Source: an uncultured archaeon (lineage in GTDB: Archaea; Iainarchaeota; Iainarchaeia; Iainarchaeales; CSSED10-239). From it: a stretch of DNA of 32,000 nucleotides. Shown here piece by piece: positions 26,430 to 32,000 of this stretch (position 1 is the first letter of the stretch; each line of letters starts with the position of its first letter). The stretch spans positions 60,001 through 92,000 of the forward strand of contig CAZCAP010000002.1 of NCBI GenBank assembly GCA_964496765.1, read 5' to 3'. The position numbers and the translations under genes were made by a program. Below the pieces are notes generated by a model, which saw only the letters and a list, made by a program, of their open reading frames with translations, was not told the DNA's origin and did no database searches.

Positions 26430-26903
26430 ATGATGAGAAAAATTAAAGGACAAGGTGCACTTGAATACCTTTTGTTAATTGGTGGTGCTGTTCTAATTGC
26501 TGTAATCGTTATTGCTCTTCTTGTTGGAATGGGCGGACAGTCAAGAGAAACAGCTCAAGATCAATCAACAAAAGCTCAACAATCATTAGATCAGCCACAG
26601 GCAGCAACAATCGTTAGTATAACACCAATAGATAATTGTAATGGAACTACAGGTTCTGTCACAATAAATTGGGCAAAAGTTGGAGATGGTGGTGTATATG
26701 AGTTAAGGATGTTTGATTATTCAGGAACACAAATTGGAAGTAATATCGATATAACAGATCAAAATGCATCATTTAACCAAGCATTTGCTTCTATTGGTGG
26801 TAGGGCTTGTCAAGATTCGTTCTGGGGACAAATTATAACTTCAAAGAATGATATGACTGTAAGTTCTGCAAGAATGAAATGGAATTGGCCATCACTAAAC
26901 TAG
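26430..26903 (+). CDS. Pilin-like protein, class III signal peptide
   Basis: MMRKIKGQGALEYLLLIGGAVLIAVIVIALLVGMGGQSRETAQDQ; GGTGA RBS upstream. Confidence 0.88.
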   Translation: MMRKIKGQGALEYLLLIGGAVLIAVIVIALLVGMGGQSRETAQDQSTKAQQSLDQPQAATIVSITPIDNCNGTTGSVTINWAKVGDGGVYELRMFDYSGTQIGSNIDITDQNASFNQAFASIGGRACQDSFWGQIITSKNDMTVSSARMKWNWPSLN

Positions 26904-27006
26904 TTTGAGATTTGAAAATTTAAAGAAATGGACTAATCTCCATTTCTTTAATTTATTTTTTTTTAAAATCAAATTATACTTATAATTTAATTTAAACGGA
27001 ATAATT

Positions 27007-27447
27007 ATGTTTACTAATAATAAAAAAGCACAGGGTGCACTTGAATATCTTTTAATTATAGGTGGAGCTTTACTGATTGCAGTTATTGCAGTAACTATAA
27101 TTGTAAGTCTTGGTAGTGGTAACCGTGAAACCGTTGATGATAGTCAGCAAGGTTATCAGGAACTTGTTGATAATCAAGTTATTGCTCCAATAATAAATGA
27201 TATTGAATGTTCAATTGGCACAATAACAATTTACACAGCTGGATCTCCAACCACAGGAGTTTCCAATTACAAAATAAGTTTAGATGATGGTCTCTATGTT
27301 AATGTAACAACCATAGATATCCCAAATAGAGAAATTACTTATAATAAGGTGAGCGTAGTTGGAACAAAATATGAAGTTAGATTAGTTTCAATTAAGAATA
27401 ATTTAAGATCAACACCAACACTACCTTTTGATTGTGTTGTTAAATAA
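27007..27447 (+). CDS. Pilin-like protein, class III signal peptide; paralog of the previous gene
   Basis: NNKKAQGALEYLLIIGGALLIAVIAVTIIVSLGSGNRETVDDSQ. Confidence 0.88.
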   Translation: MFTNNKKAQGALEYLLIIGGALLIAVIAVTIIVSLGSGNRETVDDSQQGYQELVDNQVIAPIINDIECSIGTITIYTAGSPTTGVSNYKISLDDGLYVNVTTIDIPNREITYNKVSVVGTKYEVRLVSIKNNLRSTPTLPFDCVVK

Positions 27448-27460
27448 GATCCAGAAGATG

Positions 27461-27658
27461 GGAGTTATGAATATTTTTTTAAAATTACTTAATGATAAAA
27501 AAGCACAACTCTCTGTTGAATATCTTATCATGATTGTATTTGGAATGATGCTTGTAATTACAACAGGTATTGTTATTATTAATTTAAGTGGCCTTGTTAG
27601 TGTTGCAAAAGCAAAAATATTAACCTATAGAGATAATATACTTTCAACATTTTCATAA
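27461..27658 (+). CDS. Small pilin-like protein, class III signal peptide
   Basis: MNIFLKLLNDKKAQLSVEYLIMIVFGMMLVITTGIVIINLSG. Preferred start is this Met rather than the track's 27428. Confidence 0.78.
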   Translation, partial: GVMNIFLKLLNDKKAQLSVEYLIMIVFGMMLVITTGIVIINLSGLVSVAKAKILTYRDNILSTFS

Positions 27659-27693
27659 ATTCTAAACAACGCTAATTACTTTGGAGTAACCCT

Positions 27694-28827
27694 ATGTTTA
27701 ATTTTGCATTATATTCTTTTTTAGTTACCCTACTATTTCTATTTATTTTTTGCATATTTGATTTAAAATATAGAGAAATACCTAATTATCTTGTTCTTCT
27801 ATTTTTTGGGATTGGTTTGTTATCTAGTTTAGTAATTAGTTTTTGGCTATGGCAATTTTCATATATTTTTAATTCATTAATTTCAATTGCAATTACTTTC
27901 ATTATAACCTTTATTCTTTGGGAGCTTGGTTTATTTGCAGGAGGGGATTTAAAGGTTTTTGTTGGGATTGCTGCACTTAACCCACTAAACCTTAACTTTT
28001 TAGGTTCTGCACTTAACTTTGGAGTGGTTAAGCAACCAATATTTGGAATCACCTTAATTATCGCAAGTATATTATCAACACTACCCTATATCCTCCTATT
28101 TACTAGCTATAAAATAATTTCTAAAAATTATTTCAAAGACCTAGTTATAACTTATTTTTCAAAAACCTACTTAATAACTATTTTTAATTCAATAATAATT
28201 ATTTTTCTAATTACCTCCTTTATGAATATTTTTTCATTAAAAACACCAACAATATTATTACTATTATTATCTTTTGTTTTGATTTTTTTATTTTCTAATG
28301 TACTTACCTATAGTAAAAAAGCATTTTATTTTTCTATCGGGATGCTTTATTTAATTTTATTTATTACGACCTGTTTATTAAAACATGTTCCTCAAAAGAT
28401 TTTTTTACTTTCAAACCTTTTTTCAATAATTTTATCAGTACTAATAATTTATCTATTAATCATGATTTATAGGTTCACAAAAGAAAAAATACTTGTTGAA
28501 GAAAAAAAAGTATCTGACCTGAAAGAAGGGGATGTTACTTTATATAATTATTATTTAATTAATAAAAAAGTAATATTTAAAAAAAGCACTTTTTTCTCTG
28601 CCATTAGAGATATGCTAACTGGAGTTTATTATAAAGACCAAATAATTGATTCTAGAAAAGCTGGTGGGTTAAATGTGAAAGAAGTTACCTTTTTAAATGA
28701 ATCCCACAATAATAAATTAATAGGTAATGTAATAAAAATCAAAGTCACTATTGCATTTACTCCAGCAGTATTAATTGCATATATCTTGCTTAATATTTTT
28801 GGAGACGTGATTTGGTTAATATTTTAA
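27694..28827 (+). CDS. Archaeal prepilin peptidase (A24 aspartic protease family)
   Basis: CIFDLKYREIPNYLVLL (first Asp motif), ELGLFAGGDLKVFVGIAAL (GGD motif), multiple TM helices. Confidence 0.85.
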   Translation: MFNFALYSFLVTLLFLFIFCIFDLKYREIPNYLVLLFFGIGLLSSLVISFWLWQFSYIFNSLISIAITFIITFILWELGLFAGGDLKVFVGIAALNPLNLNFLGSALNFGVVKQPIFGITLIIASILSTLPYILLFTSYKIISKNYFKDLVITYFSKTYLITIFNSIIIIFLITSFMNIFSLKTPTILLLLLSFVLIFLFSNVLTYSKKAFYFSIGMLYLILFITTCLLKHVPQKIFLLSNLFSIILSVLIIYLLIMIYRFTKEKILVEEKKVSDLKEGDVTLYNYYLINKKVIFKKSTFFSAIRDMLTGVYYKDQIIDSRKAGGLNVKEVTFLNESHNNKLIGNVIKIKVTIAFTPAVLIAYILLNIFGDVIWLIF

Positions 28828-28839
28828 ATGTGAAAAATT

Positions 28840-29304
28840 ATGAATTTAAGTAGAAAAGGACAAATTGCAATTGAATATATTATTTTTATAGCCATATTCT
28901 TATTATTTTTTCAAGCAGTGATTAAGCCATCTATTGATTTTGCAGAAAATATAATGAGTGATGTTCAATCTATTGCTATTACCCAAGAAAACGTAAGTAG
29001 GCTTGCTGATGGTGTTAGTTCCTTTGCATCATCTATGGGGACTGGAAAGGTAACCATGAATTTGTATTTACCAAAGAATGCAACAATTACGGATTGTAGT
29101 TCTAGTGCAATTACCTATACTATAACTATCTCTAACGTAAATCCGAAACCAGCTGCCTGTAATAATACTAATTTTTGCGAATTTACAAAAGCAATATTTA
29201 TTGGTAGTCACGATATTACCTGTGATTTAATAGGGCCTGGTTTTACAGGAGACGTACTTATTGAAAAACAAGCCACAGGAGATTTTGATGTTTCAATCAA
29301 GTAA
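28840..29304 (+). CDS. Pilin-like protein, class III signal peptide
   Basis: MNLSRKGQIAIEYIIFIAIFLLFFQAVIKPSIDFAENIMSD. Confidence 0.82.
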   Translation: MNLSRKGQIAIEYIIFIAIFLLFFQAVIKPSIDFAENIMSDVQSIAITQENVSRLADGVSSFASSMGTGKVTMNLYLPKNATITDCSSSAITYTITISNVNPKPAACNNTNFCEFTKAIFIGSHDITCDLIGPGFTGDVLIEKQATGDFDVSIK

Positions 29305-29641
29305 AGCCCAAACAAGCATAGAGTTCATTATTCTGATTGCAGTCCTATTATTAATAGGATTTTATTTTAGTGGTTCAATCTACAAAACCTTTGATAGTAA
29401 TTATGCAATTTATAAAGTTAAAAACAAAACTCTACAGCTCTTCTCAGAGAATGATAGTGGAGATGTGCTTTCTAAGGTTAGCTATGAATTGCACGATTCT
29501 CAAATCGTCTTGAAGTTAGATATTAAACAATCAAGTTCTGGATACATTTTAACCTCATCAAATTATGCTTCTGATATTCAAGACATAATTAAAAGAACTA
29601 GTTTCGATACAGTTGTTATTAATTTTAATTATATTTCTTAA
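29288..29641 (+). CDS. Pilin-like protein, class III signal peptide
   Basis: MFQSSKAQTSIEFIILIAVLLLIGFYFSGSIYKTFDSNYAIYKVKNKTLQL. ATG at 29288 is preferred over the track's 29261; overlaps the previous gene by 17 nt. Confidence 0.8.
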   Translation: MFQSSKAQTSIEFIILIAVLLLIGFYFSGSIYKTFDSNYAIYKVKNKTLQLFSENDSGDVLSKVSYELHDSQIVLKLDIKQSSSGYILTSSNYASDIQDIIKRTSFDTVVINFNYIS

Positions 29642-29654
29642 ATGGTGTGTGTAA

Positions 29655-30188
29655 ATGATAGATAAAAATATATTATATATTGAAATAATTTTTCTATTGG
29701 GTGTTCTATTAACTGTTTTTATTTCCAAAAATGTTTTTTTGAAAATCCTAATCGTAATTGTGTTGTTCTTATTCGTAATAAAAGAACTTGATGATTATAA
29801 ATATATTCAACAAAAATATCTTTATGTTGGATATGGGTTTGTTTCACTACTAGTGTTGTTCATTATTAATGAATATATTGTGAATATATATTTTGTTGCT
29901 GCCCTCATATGCCTTGTAATTATTTACTTGTATTTGTTCAAGGTTTTATTTAATACAACATATGGAAAAGTAACTAAAGTAACTGGAAGAAAAGTAAGTA
30001 TTCAAATCCTAGATCCCTTTTATAAAACAAAAAATGAATTAGTTCTTAGCTTTTCTGGAAAAGTTAAGAAAGGAGATGTTGCAATAATTGCGCTAACCAA
30101 ATTCCCAATAAATAAGAAAGCCATTAAAATAATTAAAGTTGTTACAGAACCTAAATCATTGAATAAAAATGTGAAAAAAAAGAAATGA
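29655..30188 (+). CDS. Membrane protein with soluble C-terminal domain; function unknown
   Basis: Several N-terminal TM segments, then YGKVTKVTGRKVSIQILDPFYKTKNELVLSFSGKVKKGDVAIIAL; tightly packed in the pilus operon. Confidence 0.75.
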   Translation: MIDKNILYIEIIFLLGVLLTVFISKNVFLKILIVIVLFLFVIKELDDYKYIQQKYLYVGYGFVSLLVLFIINEYIVNIYFVAALICLVIIYLYLFKVLFNTTYGKVTKVTGRKVSIQILDPFYKTKNELVLSFSGKVKKGDVAIIALTKFPINKKAIKIIKVVTEPKSLNKNVKKKK

Positions 30189-30547
30189 ATGAAATTCTAT
30201 TCAAAAGAATAGTGATATTGTTTTCAATAGTTGGTCTGATTTTATTAGTTGTTTATTCATTCTTTTTTGTTCCTGAGGAACAATCTATTTCTAGTTTACC
30301 TACATTGAAAGAAGGTACAATTGTATCAACATCAGGGATTATAAAGGAATTAGCAGTAAAAGATAATCTTGTTCAATTTCAGCTTTGTGAATATTCTATT
30401 TGTATTCAGGCAGTTCTTTTCAATCCAAGTAATAGTCAATTAGATGTATTAAATAATCTAAGTATTACAAAAGAAAATACTAGACTATCTGGTCAATATA
30501 AATTATATATGGATAATCCAGAAATTATTGTATACAATATTGAATGA
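30185..30547 (+). CDS. Membrane-anchored OB-fold-like protein
   Basis: One N-terminal TM, then LKEGTIVSTSGIIKELAVKDNLVQFQLCEYSICIQAVLFNPSNSQ resembling an OB-fold; overlaps the upstream gene by 4 nt. Confidence 0.65.
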   Translation: MNEILFKRIVILFSIVGLILLVVYSFFFVPEEQSISSLPTLKEGTIVSTSGIIKELAVKDNLVQFQLCEYSICIQAVLFNPSNSQLDVLNNLSITKENTRLSGQYKLYMDNPEIIVYNIE

Positions 30548-31734
30548 CTATGTATTTAATTGAAATAATTATAGGGGTGTTGTTGGGGTTTGTTATTGGA
30601 TTAATTCCTAGTATACACATAAATACAATATCCTATTTTTTTTTGTTTATTGGAGGTTATAATCTTTTTTATAATAATTCATTTTTTTTTATATCTTTGG
30701 CGGTTTCCCAATTAGTAACTAGTTACGTTTCTATTTCTGTTTTTGGAGTTCCAAATGATTCAACAATCATGCATTTATTTCCACTTCAAAGACTGGCAAA
30801 GGAGGGACAATTAAAAAAAGGGATTTATCTTTGTTTAGTTGGTTCTTTCTTTGGAGGCCTATTCTCTCTACTATTATTTCCCATTCTTTTTTTACTATTT
30901 AGTGCTTTGTTTAATTTTAATTTATTTATTTATGGCTTGATTATTTTAATTTTAATTATGTTTATTATTTTAGAAAAAAACATTAAAAAAAGAATAGGAA
31001 TACTTGCAATAATTATTTTTTCTGGAACTCTTGGAATACTCACCCTTAAATATAATTATTTTCTTTCGGAACCACTAATGGTTTGTGTGGTGGGCCTGTT
31101 TGCATTCCCATTTATATTAGAATCTATTTTTTCTAAAAATAGGTTTGTTAAACAAAAAGATGAAGACCTGCAAATAAATCTAAAGGACACTGGTGTTTCT
31201 TCATTTCTTGGAACTTTGGGTGCAATGTTTATGATAATCGTGCCCTCATTTAGCTCATCACAGGCATCACTGCTATTGTCAAAGATTAAACAAAAACTAA
31301 ATTCAGAGGAATACTTGTTGATTTTTTCCAGTGTTGCCATTAGTTCTTTATTTTTTTCTTTTTTTCTTGCAATTAATTTTTATAAACCTAGATTGGGTTA
31401 CATTGCTATTCTTTTATCCAATAACATTCTTGGCAAGAGCATTTCTAACTTTAATCTTGCAATTACCTTATTTTTATCTTTATGTTTGTCAATATTACTT
31501 TTATCTTTTACCTATAAACAAATAGTTGATTGGATAACTAGATTTAATTTTAAATTAATTAGTGTTATTTTATTGCTTTTTATTTCAATCCTTATTATCC
31601 TATTATTTGGAATGAAAGCTATTCCTCTATTAATTCTATCAACCTCAATTGGATTTCTTCCTCTTGTGTTTGGAGTGGATCGAGTTATCCTAATGAGTTA
31701 CATTATGATCCCAACAATATTATTTTATGTGTGA
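30544..31734 (+). CDS. TctA/DUF112-like multi-pass membrane protein
   Basis: IIIGVLLGFVIGLIPSIHINTISYFFLFIGGYNLF...LVGSFFGGLFSLLLFPILF and C-terminal GMKAIPLLILSTSIGFLPLVFGVDRVILMSYIMIPTILFY; overlaps the upstream gene by 4 nt. Confidence 0.75.
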   Translation: MTMYLIEIIIGVLLGFVIGLIPSIHINTISYFFLFIGGYNLFYNNSFFFISLAVSQLVTSYVSISVFGVPNDSTIMHLFPLQRLAKEGQLKKGIYLCLVGSFFGGLFSLLLFPILFLLFSALFNFNLFIYGLIILILIMFIILEKNIKKRIGILAIIIFSGTLGILTLKYNYFLSEPLMVCVVGLFAFPFILESIFSKNRFVKQKDEDLQINLKDTGVSSFLGTLGAMFMIIVPSFSSSQASLLLSKIKQKLNSEEYLLIFSSVAISSLFFSFFLAINFYKPRLGYIAILLSNNILGKSISNFNLAITLFLSLCLSILLLSFTYKQIVDWITRFNFKLISVILLLFISILIILLFGMKAIPLLILSTSIGFLPLVFGVDRVILMSYIMIPTILFYV

Positions 31735-32000
31735 TTTTCTTGCTGCAAAATTAAACATCCAACTAACTATCCAAAATTGTAATAGCCACACAATAAACTT
31801 GTTTTTAAATCCAGCTATATACACACTACTACCTCTTTCTACCTTTCTAATGGATCTTTTAACTACCTTATTTACTCTCATCCAAAACATGTTTGGAACG
31901 TAATTTATGTTATAGCTTTTTAAAAAATTAGTTTTTACAAATCCTGGGCAAAGAGCTTGAAAGTGCACGTTGAAGTTATTTGCTTTCATTTCATCAATCA
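31720..32000 (-). CDS. Short-chain dehydrogenase/reductase, C-terminal part (truncated by window edge)
   Basis: Reverse frame stays open to the window edge (IDEMKANNFNVHFQALCPGFVKTNFL), typical SDR post-catalytic LCPGFVxT motif. Confidence 0.75.
   Translation of the reverse strand, partial: IDEMKANNFNVHFQALCPGFVKTNFLKSYNINYVPNMFWMRVNKVVKRSIRKVERGSSVYIAGFKNKFIVWLLQFWIVSWMFNFAARKSHIK

Noticed and set aside
1-32000. CRISPR array or retron/diversity-generating element
   Set aside because: No regularly spaced ~25-40 nt direct repeats, no reverse transcriptase-like motifs and no template/variable repeat pairs were recognised.

Overview
Low-GC archaeal chromosomal window. Gene content and organisation suggest a DPANN-type genome (Woesearchaeota/Pacearchaeota-like); this placement is inference. 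Core content: MutS (partial, left edge), tRNA-Phe(GAA), tRNA-Lys(UUU), tRNA-Lys(CUU), aTrm56-like tRNA 2'-O-methyltransferase, TFE-alpha, initiator tRNA-Met(CAU), PRC-barrel protein, XerA-like tyrosine recombinase, HD phosphohydrolase, a nucleotide-metabolism cluster (cob(I)alamin adenosyltransferase, class II RNR, dUTPase), KaiC-like ATPase, CDC48 AAA+ ATPase, topoisomerase IA, Lrp/AsnC regulator, MTTase, and RFC small subunit. These are followed by a ~7.5 kb type IV pilus-like operon: secretion ATPase, two TadC-like proteins, six class III signal-peptide pilin-like proteins and a prepilin peptidase. The window ends with a TctA/DUF112-like membrane protein and a partial SDR. Most notable unexplained signals: (1) a cluster of seven exact copies of the 8-bp palindrome GTAATTAC, in the longest intergenic gap (~470 bp) and the 5' end of an orphan 206-aa ORF; (2) a strand-consistent dispersed 18-19 nt motif, TTGTTATATTTGTTGGACA, seen at five places, mostly between or at the ends of genes; (3) a 154-codon Lys-rich open frame directly after and in frame with the recombinase stop codon, with no ATG/GTG/TTG start before about codon 116; (4) a small Cys-rich orphan protein whose reading frame is out of register with its ribosome-binding-site/ATG. 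No CRISPR array was seen, and no complete mobile element could be delimited. No new defence-type system can be asserted from the sequence alone.
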